A stretch of 62,044 nt of DNA, filler included, from Piptocephalis cylindrospora (Eukaryota): NCBI GenBank assembly GCA_003614145.1. It is 13 parts of 13 records of this genome, joined end to end, with 100 filler letters (N's around TTAATTAATTAA, not from the genome) between each part and the next. Parts side by side here need not be neighbours in the genome. Positions count along the whole stretch, not along the records: positions 1 to 4,746 come from KZ988483.1; positions 4,847 to 9,576 come from KZ988484.1; positions 9,677 to 14,279 come from KZ988485.1; 10 more parts are not named here. One strand, 5' to 3'. Below the pieces are notes generated by a model. That model saw only the letters and a list, made by a program, of their open reading frames with translations, had not been told where the DNA came from and ran no database searches. Position numbers and translations under genes: made by a program. Positions within the stretch are counted from its first letter, which is position 1. The number at the start of each line of letters is the position of its first letter. Below, piece by piece: positions 1-12,522 of the stretch.

Positions 1-102
1 ACCATCGGACGGTAATTCCAGCTTTACTTGCACATTATGTCTCATCATACGCATTGGACAATCTCTCTTGGAGAAGCAGCATAAAATAAATAGATGACTT
101 AC

Positions 103-386
103 GTTAACATACAGAGCTTGAAAAAGTTCTTGAGATAAGAATGCAGTAATACAAAGGTGGTTCTTTTCAGGATCTAATAGTAAAGAGGTCATGTAAGTAT
201 ACAAGTACATCGTACTGAAAGAGATGCGCGTAGGGATAGATACATCAGAGAGTGCCTTTCAAATCATCAGATTCATAAACTCTAGTTTGATATGTTTACA
301 CAGGTTCATCCCATGCGTCTATCCAGACATAGTGAAGGGAAAGTAGCTTACCTTGAATAGATATGACGGAATGATGAGATGATCAT
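103..386 (-). CDS. Possible spliced gene fragment, product unknown (runs off contig end)
   Basis: Exons 386-352 and 214-103 have GTAAG donors and a TTTCAG acceptor. They join in phase to MIISSFRHIYSSTMYLYTYMTSLLLDPEKNHLCITAFLSQELFQALYVN. No family recognised. Confidence 0.3.
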
Positions 387-450
387 ACAGAAAGGTACTC
401 TGTATCCATCTTGACCGACCCTACCATACCCTTGCGTGAACAGGGACAGT

Positions 451-541
451 GGATGGATGGATGGATGGACAGGGAGAGGAATGGATGGATGGATGGATGG
501 GGTGTGAAGGATGAAAAGGAAAGAGGATGGGATGGATGGGG
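451..541. repeat. Imperfect (GGAT)n microsatellite
   Basis: Several ggatggatggat runs. Confidence 0.8.
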
Positions 542-1899
542 ACGACCACGAAACTCTCGCCTTTTCTACCCTTTGCATCTAAAGTGCGCGGATCAGACAA
601 CTGTGTGGTTCAAGGCGGACAAAGTGTGTGTGTTGCCCTTTTTTTTTCATCTACCCCTATCGCGTTGCCTCACACAGGCTCAACTGTACAGTTTCTCCTC
701 ACCAAGGTAGAGATCAAAAGCTGAGCACTTTGACCTGAAAGTCGGTGGTCTAATTGGTTTATCGGAACCATTGCCTCATGGCAGAGATGTGTCTCGGCTA
801 ACATTGGCTTAATGCTGCCAGACTCCTAGCATCGTCTCTGGGCTCCTTTTTTTTTCTTCTCTTCCTTGCTCTCTCACTACACGTCCAGTTTCTCCCCTGG
901 ATCATTGGAGGATGCGGGCTTCCATGGGCCAAGCCTCCCTTCTTGTATCGGGCCAAACAGGCCATTGGATTTACTCTACTGAGAACAAAACTCCCTTCTC
1001 GGACGTTCCACGTCAATCACGCTAAGAATAGTGTTGTTCCCAATGAGATGTAAGGTGGCAGGGACAAGACCATGTGTTCCCACCAACCCATCCCTCTCCT
1101 AAAGATGTGATCCAGATCCCTCCTGACCCCACATTATAGAACCCTTAATTAGACTAGGATTTCCAAAGAAGAATTCAGTGGCCTTTTTAAGTATCACCCC
1201 GACCCCACAGACAAAGAACCTCCCCGCAGGTTCACGTGAATAGATTCAAGATCAAGACAGGGATTAATGATTGTGCACCACTAAATCACTCCTGCCTATT
1301 CCCGTAAAGAACCATCAGCCGGCCCATCAATCGCTCTAACCATCCATAAACCCTCTCAGGTGACAGGCTATCCCTCCCTTCTTGGCCATCTCACGCACTG
1401 ATATATAAAGAGGGTAGGCCTCGACAAGCCGGGCTGATCAAGGTTCTCTTTTGTTCACTTTTCCTTCCCCTCCCCACTCATTCCCCCCTGCCCTCATATC
1501 CGCTCTTTACGATATACTCATTCCTTTTCTCCAGCGTATCTACGGTATTTGACACACACACACACATTGATTAATTCATCGATCAGCAGTCTCCCTTTCC
1601 CACCGTATTATTCATATTTCAACTAGGAAACCTCTTTAAGCCCCCTTCCCCCTACTCTCCTTGTCCGATCCTGCCCAGGTAGTTTACCTATCCCCAGTTC
1701 ATACCCCCTCTCCCCCTCTCTCTTTCCCTCACCACCCCCCTCCCCTGTGCCTGCATTCGTCTGCCCTTGGTTGTAGCTACGATTGCTGCTCCCACACGAA
1801 AGGGCACTTTCCTCTACATATTCCTTTTCCCTTGCCTTCCACTATCTTCCAATATTCCCCATTTCTTCTCGCCTCTTTCCACCTACTTCCCTTTTTATC

Positions 1900-3267
1900 A
1901 TGAGTTTCTACAGGTCTAGCCTTGTACAAATCATCATCCTTGGCTTTCTATGCTTCTGCTGCCCGGGTATGTTCAATGCCCTGAATGGCATGGGCGGTGG
2001 TGGCAAAATCAATGATTCCACCGCATCGATTGCCAACACCGCCCTGTACGCTTGCTTTGCCATCTTTGGCCTCATGTCCGGGGCCGTCCATAATATCCTC
2101 GGACCTCGACTCAGTTTGCTTTTTGGTGGCCTCTGCTACACCATCTACGTCGGCTCCTTTCTCGCTTACAACCACACAGAGACCCCAGCATTCAATATCG
2201 CCGCCGGGGCCCTCCTTGGTATCGGTGCTGCTCTCCTGTGGACCGCGCAGGGGGCTATCATGATGGCCTACCCCACCGAACGACAAAAAGGCCGTTTCAT
2301 TGCCATCTTCTGGATCATCTTCAATCTCGGTGGTGTCATGGGTGGCTTCATCCCTTTTGCCCTCAACTTTCACACTGGCATCGGTGAGGGTGCCCCCGCC
2401 ACCTCTGGGGTTTCGGATGCCACCTACATCGCATTCATGACCGTTATGACTTTTGGTGCTCTCCTCTCCCTCCTCCTCCTCCCTCCTCAGCTTGTTTCCC
2501 GGGAAGATGGCAGCCCTGTCATTATTAAGCAGGCTCCAGCCTGGCAGCATGAGGCCCACCGTGTCCTGGCTCTCTTTCGTGATCCCACCATGCTCCTCCT
2601 TCTCCCCATCTTCCTGAGTTCCAATTGGTTCTACTCCTACCAGTTTAACGGGGTCAATGGCTTTGTCTTCAACCTTCGTACCCGAGGTCTCAATAATGTC
2701 ATTTACTGGGGAGCCCAAATGGTGGGAGCTACCATTCTTGGTCGTTTCCTTGACACCCCAAACTTACGTCGTGCCGTCCGAGCCACCTACTCCCTCATCG
2801 CCATTGCTTTACTCTTCACTGCTGTCTGGGCTGGTGGACTCGTCTTCCAGCTACGCTACTCTCGCCACGATCAGCCTTTCAACTGGGATTTTACCCAGTC
2901 CTCCCGGGTTTCCGGTCCCATTATCCTTTATTCACTCTATGGCCTCCTCGATGCAGCCCTTCAGACCTGGTGCTACTGGGTCATGGGCGCCTCCACCAAT
3001 GATACTGGCCGTCTTGCTCTTTACGCTGGCTTCTACAAGGGTATCCAATCTGCTGGAGGTGCTTTGAGCTGGGGCATTGACTGGGTCGGCGTGGATTACC
3101 CCATCCAACTGATCATCTCCTGGGCCCTTTTTACCCTTGCCCTCCCTTCCGCCTACCTTGTGGCCAAGAGGCTTACCGATACCAACATCACCGAAGGGGA
3201 GTCCAATCAGGCGACTACAACATCTACACTCTCCACTTCGGAAAAGTCCAAGGACTTTTACACTTAG
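1900..3267 (+). CDS. UNC-93-like / DUF895 MFS membrane protein
   Basis: Intronless 455-aa ORF from ATG 1900. About 12 hydrophobic segments. Motifs QIIILGFLCFCCPGMFNALNGMGGGG, LLWTAQGAIMMAYP, FLSSNWFYSYQFN and YAGFYKGIQSAG are typical of fungal UNC-93-like proteins. Confidence 0.9.
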   Translation: MSFYRSSLVQIIILGFLCFCCPGMFNALNGMGGGGKINDSTASIANTALYACFAIFGLMSGAVHNILGPRLSLLFGGLCYTIYVGSFLAYNHTETPAFNIAAGALLGIGAALLWTAQGAIMMAYPTERQKGRFIAIFWIIFNLGGVMGGFIPFALNFHTGIGEGAPATSGVSDATYIAFMTVMTFGALLSLLLLPPQLVSREDGSPVIIKQAPAWQHEAHRVLALFRDPTMLLLLPIFLSSNWFYSYQFNGVNGFVFNLRTRGLNNVIYWGAQMVGATILGRFLDTPNLRRAVRATYSLIAIALLFTAVWAGGLVFQLRYSRHDQPFNWDFTQSSRVSGPIILYSLYGLLDAALQTWCYWVMGASTNDTGRLALYAGFYKGIQSAGGALSWGIDWVGVDYPIQLIISWALFTLALPSAYLVAKRLTDTNITEGESNQATTTSTLSTSEKSKDFYT

Positions 3268-3611
3268 TGTCATGAGATGGGACGAAACGGGATGGAATGG
3301 GGTCCTAATCGGTCCAATGGATACCTTTGACCGTATTCGAGGCTAAAAATGAAAATATATGGGATACTTTGCTTTCTTTACCCTGCCTTACTTCTCCGTT
3401 CCATCCATGTCCAAGACTCTTTCAACCAAGAGCTCAAGCAACCGAAAATCACGGTCGTTTTCTATAATTTGATAAGAATTGTATGCATAAACCTACTTCA
3501 TCTTTAACTACTTTCCAAGCAAAATGAGGTAGAAACATGATGGGAAAACGGTGTATTGACCGAACAAAACATCGGAAAAGAAAGACTCAGAAAAATTAAG
3601 TCTCGTCATCT

Positions 3612-4112
3612 CTAATCGCTTGCCGTTTGCCCGTAGAAAGCCCCCCAGTTTATGGCTTTGGAGATGGGCATACTTAAACTGACCTTCTTATCGAAAATGC
3701 CCCGATTCTCGTACACCACCTTCTGTTCAGCCGCCGACATCCGACTCTTCTTCTCAATCTCGTCTTCCTCATTGTCGTCGTCTTTCTCATTGTCGTCGTC
3801 GTCTTCCTCACTGTTGCTGTCGTCTTCATCCTTTCATTCATCCAGTACATTCATGTCTTAAGCATATTCCTGAATACTTGGGGATTTTGGCGAGGGCCGA
3901 AGCCACATGCTGGCCTCCATCTGGCTGAAACCGATCTTTACTTGGCCACTCTTCACATTTTATGGGCCTTTCATCTTCGAGTGGGTGATGGGGAGACCAT
4001 TGACCTGGATGAGGTAGAAGATGGCTTGATCAACCCGCCTCCTCATCGACGGGTCCAGTACATCCCCAGGTACCCTGATATACACGACCTCTTCATGATG
4101 GATGATAGCTCT
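3612..4112 (-). pseudogene. Decayed ORF relic with acidic low-complexity tract
   Basis: One frame of about 165 codons with three internal stops (TAA, TAA, TGA) and a DEDDSNSEEDDDDNEKDDNEEDE tract. Confidence 0.35.
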
Positions 4113-4746
4113 AGCTCAGCGGAGAAATTCTATATCGTACTGATTAGAGGGTTTAATTATGATGAATAGAGGTTCCGTTATCGATGAATCGGTATATAAA
4201 GGGCATACTACGAGAAGGATAACTGGGTAGATGGCTTATGGCGGGATAGAGAAGCCTTTGAATTCTTTCACATCATGTGCTCATACCAAGATATAATCAT
4301 CTCTCTTTAACGTCAAGCAATATATGAGTTTTAGGTTCTTATATATTCTCAAGAGGCAATTCTTATGAATTTTCTAAAAGAATCTGAAACCAACCTCTCA
4401 TCATGCCAAGGACAAGAGGTACCCGCATCATGAAGTAGGTGTCGAGTGTACCCAATCATCTAACGCCCCTGCCGAGAGAGCATTTCTTTAAAGGACCTTC
4501 AAACGGATAAATATAGATGCCCGCTCTATCGTCTGGCTCTCCCCCTTGGCGTCGTCTATTTCCTCCACATCCGCTAGAGTGGACTGGAAGCGGAGTAGAG
4601 GAGGTCGGCTGACGCTCCCAGGCAATGGGTCGAATCAGATGGGTCAATTCAAACCCCGCCAACGATCCACTACTCCCTATGAACGAGCTAGCTTATTCGT
4701 TTCTCGCTCCGATTGCACTATTCTCATAAGAAAAGGTCGGTGGTGG

Positions 4747-4846
4747 NNNNNNNNNNNNNNNNNNNNNNNNNNNNNNNNNNNNNNNNNNNNTTAATTAATT
4801 AANNNNNNNNNNNNNNNNNNNNNNNNNNNNNNNNNNNNNNNNNNNN
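4747..4846. other. Artificial contig linker N44-TTAATTAATTAA-N44
   Basis: Identical 100-bp unit with stops in all six frames, occurring 12 times in the window. Confidence 0.98.
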
Positions 4847-5221
4847 CAGTTTTTTTTTCTTGCAAAATTGGCATATATTTTAAAATAGAGCCCATACAGT
4901 GTGAGTGGAACCCACCTAAGAGATCATTGAGAAGAGAGGAATGGAAAACAGGGGGGGAGGTTTTGCCTATGAGGGGCTACTGCCATCATCATCACCTTCG
5001 TCACCGCCATCACCGCCATCACCACCATCACCTTCTAAAACTGCTGTCGCCGTGTGGGCTTCTTGTAAGATGGGCGCCAATAGAGCGTCATTAAATACTA
5101 CTCTATGGCGCCCTTCTACATCGCCCGTCTCCTCAACATGAAACACATCTATTCACCAGCGATTAGCTCCATCCCTCATCGAGATCCAGACAAGAGTTTC
5201 AGCGGAAACTACATGAATATA

Positions 5222-5292
5222 GCGTCGGTAGTTCAATGGTAGAATTCTTGCCTTCCAAGCAAGAGGCCCGGGTTCGATTCCCGGCCGACGCA
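5222..5292 (+). tRNA. tRNA-Gly (TCC)
   Basis: Acceptor stem GCGTCGG/CCGACGC, anticodon arm CTTGC-CT[TCC]AA-GCAAG, T-loop GGTTCGATTCC. No intron. T5 Pol III terminator at 5302-5306. Confidence 0.96.
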
Positions 5293-6489
5293 ATAGTGTC
5301 ATTTTTGCGGATGGTTGTATCCCGATATGTGGCCATACGACCAATTGTAAACCTCCCTCACGTCATCTCCCTTCTTGGCACACCTATGTCTGCATGAGGA
5401 GACGGTATGATTGGTGACGGTTTCAGAGGTTGAGTCAAATGGCCTTTCCTCCAGTCAAGGTCTAGGGTACGTTTTATTGAAAAGTATTCTTGGCTCGGGA
5501 GGAGAGGAGGCTGAACCGACCCAACACACCTTCTCACGAATCTATGGCGAGATGAGGTGAGACAAGAATAGATTCGGCCATTTGGGCTTCCCTGTCAGAC
5601 CTTGTCAGGGATTCAACGTGTTACCCTTTCCCAGCCAGTACGACTGCAATGAACGTTCTCATCCCACCTCCTTGTGCCAAGTCATTCTGGATGCTTTTCC
5701 TCCCGAGCAAAGGCATCATGTAGGACGGAATGGGATATACTTTCGGTATGATGGGGCGCTTGAAGGGTCTGCTCGGTCTGAGAAGGGGGGAACCCTTGCA
5801 CTTGTCTTGAGAGCGTGAGCTTGGCATTTTACACAAAGACGAGAAAGAAACCCTAGGTCTCGGTACTGACTTAGCAATTGGCAATCCCCTCCCCTCCCTC
5901 CTACCCTAGCCTCATTGTAACCTCTCTCCCATTGGGCTAGTCGAAACCAGCCCATGTAGGATCGCTCGCCACCATTGAAGTGTGACCTGACCCGAGACGA
6001 TGGGGAAATATAGTATGTTGGTGGAAAGGTACATTGTTAAGGCGCGCGCGCATTGCACCCTACCTCAAACCCTCCCCAGTCATTGCATCTTCACTACCGA
6101 ACCGATAAACCAAGACCTGATCCAAAAAAGGTCACAGCCACCACCCCGCTTGCTCTATACTCCACCATACTGATATCGAGAGGTGAGGCACATGGGACGT
6201 CACAGGAAAAAGGGGGTGGCGGTGGCTCTATCAGTGAGCGGAAGTGAATAAAACTGAGATCATGGGCACTCCCCTCATCTATCCAGACGACATTCACTCT
6301 GATCCTCTTTCTTTCTCCCTTCTCTCTCCCTCCCTTCAGCATCTTTTTTTGTCCTATCCATACTCTCTCTCCCTTTTTCTCATCTCCCCTCCCTTTTTCT
6401 CATCTCCCCTCCCTTTCCCTTACCTTACCTCCCCTCCCCTCCCTTTCCCCTCACCTCCCTTCCTTTTCCCCCTTAACCTCTTCACACCC

Positions 6490-7377
6490 ATGCCTATCAA
6501 TCCCTGGGCTAAGAGTAAGGCCCAGCCCACTCGCTCCCCCTCAACAGCAACCAACGCGTGGTATGGTCAATCCACCACATCTGCCACGGATGCAGCACCA
6601 GTCCCTGGGTCTATGCCCATGCCCGAACCCGAGAATGTGTATGATACCCCAATGGCCCCTCAGCATGGGACCTACTCCTCCAACATGTCCTCTTCCACGT
6701 CTGCCTACCCCCAAAACACGTACAGTACAACAGCCACCACATCTGCCCTCAATCCATATGGTCAGAGCTCAGCCTACCAGGAGGGAGGGGATGACGTCCC
6801 TCCCGCCATTGTTCCCCCACCCGAGCGTTTTGGTGGAGGGGAGAAACCAGGGAAAGGTGTCGCTGGAGCGGCCCCAGTCGAGCCAGTTCGACCCCTGGAT
6901 GATACAGGTCTTGGGAGGAAGGAGAGGCCCAGTGTAAAGCGACTCATCCTTCGCTTCATCATCCTTCTTTGTTCCATCGGAGCCCTCGGGTTCCTGGCCG
7001 GGGCCAAGCCGTACTCGGGTCATTCCAACCCCTTTGATTCGGATGCGGGAATTATCTTTCTTTACATCATCTCGGCTCTCTCCATCCTCGTATCTCTCTT
7101 CTTTATCCTCCATTACTGCGTCCGTCGGGTCACGAAACGGACCAAGATGCGCCGGTGGATCGTCGGGATTATCGATTTGATCCTGGCCCTGGCTTTTGGC
7201 GTAGACGTCCTCGTCATGATCATCCACCAAAAGTGCGGCATTGGTCTCATGAACGGCTGGTGTGACTTTTACAATACGGCCCTGGCCTTTGGCTTCATGG
7301 CCTTTTTCTTCACCGGGATCAGCGTCCTCTGGGATGTCTTTGGCACCTGTGCGAACTGTAAGCGTCGGCGTCGTTAG
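6490..7377 (+). CDS. MARVEL-like four-transmembrane protein with disordered N-terminus
   Basis: ATG 6490 after a CT-rich leader. P/S/T/Y-rich N-terminus, then 4 hydrophobic helices with a C-x6-WC loop before the last helix. Confidence 0.7.
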   Translation: MPINPWAKSKAQPTRSPSTATNAWYGQSTTSATDAAPVPGSMPMPEPENVYDTPMAPQHGTYSSNMSSSTSAYPQNTYSTTATTSALNPYGQSSAYQEGGDDVPPAIVPPPERFGGGEKPGKGVAGAAPVEPVRPLDDTGLGRKERPSVKRLILRFIILLCSIGALGFLAGAKPYSGHSNPFDSDAGIIFLYIISALSILVSLFFILHYCVRRVTKRTKMRRWIVGIIDLILALAFGVDVLVMIIHQKCGIGLMNGWCDFYNTALAFGFMAFFFTGISVLWDVFGTCANCKRRRR

Positions 7378-9576
7378 TAGGCGCCAGTGATGGAGGAGAG
7401 GACGCTGCGATGAATCCCTTATCTCTGTAGAAAAGGATAAACTGAGGGAGAGCAGGGTAGTGAGCGTTTTTTTGTCCTACTTTCAAGAGATATTGGATGA
7501 TGGATCTTTCGATGTGTGTGCATGTGGCATACTCCACCCCCTTTTCCATGTATCCTTTGACTGTGGCATTCTTGTGGAATGTTTGCGTGTGTGTATAGGT
7601 GCGGGGGTGCATAAGGTTAAAATGTAGCAGCAGCAGCAGCATGCATTTTATATAGATCCTGCCCTCAATTCAATCTATTTTCCAAGATGAACGGCGGGTC
7701 AGTAAACACACACGAAGTAGAAAAGAATGATTCGGAGCCATGTGTCGTGTTTCCGATCATTATCTGTACAAGAACGAGATATAGGCCTGCCATGATCACC
7801 AATCTAGGAGACGAGCATAGGGAGTACCCTGACCGCCATTTACTTTTGTTGACGATTTCAAATGAAAGAACGCTACCATCCTCTCACGAGTAGATCAGTC
7901 CCGCGGTACAATGACGCACCCCCTCACCCCGAGCATGCATTTTCTTAAAAGCATGGGAGGCATCGCTGGTAGAAAGATGTAGGGGCGCACCCATGACATG
8001 CACGTCCCCTTCCCCTTGCTTTTAAAAAGCTACCAGGGATGGATACCGCCAAGCTGGAGCTGAGTCATTGATCCTGTGAATCACGAGTTACATATATTCT
8101 ATAGAGAAAGGCGATGTTCAATTTGCAAATGTATAATAACTGATTTTGAAAATGTAAGATGAGAGAGAGAGGGTAGTATGGTTATCCTGTTCATGTTGAA
8201 CTCCCTCGACTTTCCTTTCCTGGTCTATGAAGGAGCCAGGCGCAGGTCATCTTGCGTATCAACGATGCAATGTGTCAAATTTCACCTCCCATGAGATACA
8301 TTTTTCCCCTTTCCCCTTCTAGTACATGATCTTTCGCACCCAGGCCCATTCTTACTCTCAGTGTGTGGACGAAGGCTGGGTCCCATGATTGTCCTTTCAT
8401 CGCTTTCCTTATTCTCGCCCTATCCCATTCATCGCTACCTGTCTAGACCATATATGCATTCGGGGATGATAAAAGGGACATTTGGCTATATACAATCATA
8501 TATATATACATCCAAAGAATGCAAAGTACCATGTACATACTCGTGCATAGAGGTAGTGCCGCACTCACCATCACCATCATTCATGGGCCTGATCCTCTCT
8601 CTCGAGGCTAGACGAGGTGGGATGGTGCAAGAGAGGAGAACCATCGAGAGAAGAGGCGTAATGTATACGGATGGGCGGAGGACGAATGATGTCTCTAAGC
8701 GGATTCCTTGAGAAACCAAGATCGTTTTTCCTAGGTGGGAGGGTAGTGTAGGGTATGGATGGGAACAGGCTGAGGGAAAATGCCCCGTTGTTGTAGGAGA
8801 TAGGACGAGTTACTGTGCAGACTGTGATCCACACTACTCAGGCATGAGAATCACCCAGTCATCTAAGCCCTATGGGGTCAGTAAAAGGATTTTCCAATCT
8901 GATGCAATCCAACAGCCCATCCATCCCTATCTAGCTCCTCCCCCCTGCCCCCACCACCATCTTGATCATCGACCGCTGCCCTTTGCCCAATATCTGGACT
9001 CTTTATTATGTCCTGACCCTCGTAATCCAGGGGACCAAATGAATGGAGTCTCAAGTCCGTCTTGCGCTTTATCCTAGTCAACAGACAGACACGATCTATC
9101 CTCATCTCCCTTGTTTCCTTACCACGTCAGTGAACATGCATTCAGGAGAACGGCAATCCAGGGCAAAAATGGTGGCAGTAGAGATCATATTCCAGACCCA
9201 TGGCGAGGATGATGATGATGGCGTATGAGACATTTGGACGACAAAGGGATAATGGGTGGTGGGAGGGAACGGGCAATTCGGAACCCGTGGTACGGATAGA
9301 TGGGAGGGAGGAGACACACATCCCTCACACATTTTTAGCCATGTTTCTGTCTGTCTCAGCCTTCCCTCATTTAACATCATCACAGAGCATGATGAAAACG
9401 CCTCCTACACCTTCTCTCGGGCCCTCTTATCCTCTCCCTCCCATCTTCCTCCATAGGCACATGATACATTCTGCCTTTGTCGTGTGAATACAAAAAAGAA
9501 AGAACAGATATGGCAACCGGGGGAGGGAAAGGCAGAGAAAAAACGTATTAGTAAAAGGGGCTGTGTGAAAAGGGTG

Positions 9577-9676
9577 NNNNNNNNNNNNNNNNNNNNNNNN
9601 NNNNNNNNNNNNNNNNNNNNTTAATTAATTAANNNNNNNNNNNNNNNNNNNNNNNNNNNNNNNNNNNNNNNNNNNN
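9577..9676. other. Artificial contig linker
   Basis: N44-TTAATTAATTAA-N44. Confidence 0.98.
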
Positions 9677-9714
9677 TCCTATCATTCACTACGCATCACA
9701 TCTATATTCCTCAG

Positions 9715-12319
9715 ACCATCCGAGCCCTCGAGGCCCCCTATTCAACTCCCCATTCCTAATATCAACTTTGCTAATGGGTCCTGGGAAGATGACATTGATT
9801 GGGAGGGGGATGGGGGAGGTAAAGATGATAAGGGATCACGCGGCCGAAGTAGTGTCTGTTACAACCTTAATGACCCCAATCTCCTTTTGGAGATCACGCC
9901 CATGGATGAGACAGAGGGGCTGGACGAGGCAAATGAACCCCAGAGCACTGAAGGTGATGAAAAGTTCATATCTACCCAAAGAATTAAGACCTCGAGCCAT
10001 TCTTCCTTGGCCTCCATGCTCCATGTTTCAGGGGATCTACCGTATGTGTTATACCAGAAGAATAGCCGTGTCCAGGCGGTCAGACAGACCTTGGGCCAGG
10101 TGCAGATCCAGCACTCTTTGCCCGCGGTTAAGCTGTATCATCCGTATTACAAGCATCGTCTTTCCAAGAATGAGCTCCGGTCCTTCCATCGCCCTTCTCT
10201 TCATTTTCCTCCCGGGACTACTCTATCCTTTTCGCACGTCCGATCCTACAAGATACACCGCCGATGGCGGAAGCAGTCAGTCACGGAGATTATCCCAACG
10301 ACACGCGAGCTCTCTCTCCGTGAAAATTGTCCGTATATGCTCGTGGAGTACTCGGAGGAATCTCCGCCAGTTTTATCTAATGTGGGGATGGGTTCCATGG
10401 TAGTAAATTACCACCGACGGCGTGCGCGTGAGGATCCGGCTGCGGCTTTGGCCTCCCTAGCAAAGTTTGACATTGGGGAGCCTTCGGTCCTCGGACCTAC
10501 TGATGCCTCCCCCCTCCTTAATTTTGGGGACTTGGTCCCGGGGGAAACCTTGCCCATCTTGTGCACCAATCTCTATCGGGCTCCATTGTTCCGACACACT
10601 CCAGAATCCACGGATTTTTTGGTCATTCGGCATGTGTGGAAAGGAGAGGTTAAGTGCTTTCTTCGGCCTTTGGGCGCCGTCTTTACCGCGGGCCAAATTT
10701 TCCCCCTTCAGGAGGTACCATCGCCTCAGTCCCGAAAGATCACTACGACAGTGCGGAATCGAATGCAGGTCTTTTCCTACCGGACTATCAGGAAGCATGG
10801 ACATCATCTGTCTCTTGGGCGTTTAGCCCGAGCTTTCCCTGAGTTTAATGAGGCACAGATCCGGCAGAAACTCAAGGAGTTCATGGAGTATCGTCGTTCG
10901 GGAGGCCATGGCTTTTGGCGTCCACGGGGCGGAGGCCTGGGCCCTCCCGAGGAGGTGTTACGGGATATGGTCACCCCGGAAATGGTGTGTTTATATGAGG
11001 CCATGCTGGCTGGTCAGCGGCATCTAGAGGATGCAGGCTACGGGAAGGATGGATCTACTGCGGGGGGGGGCAGCAGATGAGGAGGATGGAGGAGGAGAGG
11101 GGAAGGAAATGGATGTAGAGCAGCAACTGGCCCCGTGGATCATCACCCGGAATTTTCTGCAGGCGACACAGAACAAATCAATGCTCCGGCTGTATGGACC
11201 TGGAGACCCGACGGGGCGAGGGGAGGCCTTTGACTTTCGTTGGATTAGCATGAAGAGCGTTTCCCTCCGGCATGGAGAGACAATGGAGGAAAGGTTACAG
11301 AAAATGGGGACCCAGCCTAAGAGCGGTCACCGATACAACGTGGCAGAGCAACAAGCGATCTATCGAGAGGAGATTACGCGGATTTGGAGGGCTCAATGTG
11401 ACTCCCTTCGTCGGGTGGACATTCCCCGGACAGGAGAGGGACCTGAAGACGGGATGGAGGATGGGTCTGGGGGCACGATGCCGGGACCCTTTGAAGGTAA
11501 GGAGGAGGTGGGGACGGAAGATGGGGAAGATACGGCATCGGTGGCTGGGAGTCATAGTACGCGCGGGGGTGGAGCGAGCCTTCGGAAGAAGTACGTGGTG
11601 ATTCGACGGAAGGTGCGCTCAGCGGCCAAGGGAGCAGGGTCTGATGAGTGGAAGACTGAGGAAATCCGGGATCCAGCGGTCGTCAAGGCATACATCAAGG
11701 CTAGACAATTGATTGAGGATCAAAGAATTGATCCGAATACGGCTGAGCCCACGACAGATGCCGAGAAGAACCGGAGGATGCGAACCCTGGTTGAGCAGCA
11801 GTTAGCCAAGCTCAAGCGGAACCAGGAGCGTCGAGCCTCCCGGGCTGCTCAAAAGTCCGGATCCCGTGAGCAAATTCTAAAGAATGAGTCCAAGGTACGT
11901 ACAGAGGGCTTTTGGATCAATTGAACTTTCTCCTGTCATTTAATGATGAAATATCACTGACACCCCATCATTCGTCCTATAGAGACGATGCGGGAATTGC
12001 GGAGTAATTGGTCACATGAGAACCAACCGGGCCTGTCCGATGTGGCGGGGAGAAGATGGCCAGCCAGCTCAGATCGGCGTGGCCAAATCTTCCTCTTCCT
12101 CCTCCACCCCCACAACAGGGGCCAATAAAGGGGCAGATGAGGCAGAGGGAGACGAAGGGGGTCCAAAGGTATCTTTCCCAAAGCTCATTATCAAAGGGTA
12201 AGCCATATTTTTTTGAGGAATGTGAAAATTATTATCATAATTAGTGTCTAACTTCTCCTGGACCAATCCTCCTCGTTCAACCTCGCCATCGCAGATTCTC
12301 AGATAAAAAGGGAGAATAA
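9715..12319 (+). CDS. TAF1: TFIID subunit 1, 5'-truncated, apparent +1 frameshift at G9 (11062-11070)
   Basis: Motifs GSWEDDIDW/LNDPNLLLE, VEYSEESPPVLSNVGMGS, NLYRAPLF, TPEMVCLYEAM, LAPWIITRNF, GPGDPTGRGEAFDF. Zinc knuckle RRCGNCGVIGHMRTNRACP follows intron 11895-11982. Probable last intron 12198-12294; without it the stop is at 12201. No bromodomains. Confidence 0.93.
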
Positions 12320-12522
12320 GCCCCCATTAAGCGGATGATTAGGGGGTGGGAAGAGGGATTTATTATGGACGACATGCTCTGTATACCAAGACACCCATGA
12401 TACTCGGGAAAAAAACAATGCACAGTTCTTTCCTATTTTTCATATTCCCATGATTAGCCATTCTCCGAGAAAGGGGGGAAAGGCGCGACCTACTCAGACC
12501 ATTCTGGCCCCCCAAATGGAAA

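Noticed and set aside
7550..7560. U12-type intron donors (GTATCCTT/ATATCCTT; also near 18942, 57123, 59921)
   Set aside because: They lie in a UTR, on the non-coding strand or inside another intron. All modelled introns are ordinary GT-AG.
8700..9260. Spliced minus-strand gene
   Set aside because: A GTAAGG...CTAG intron-like signal exists, but the joined frames stop early and show no motifs.
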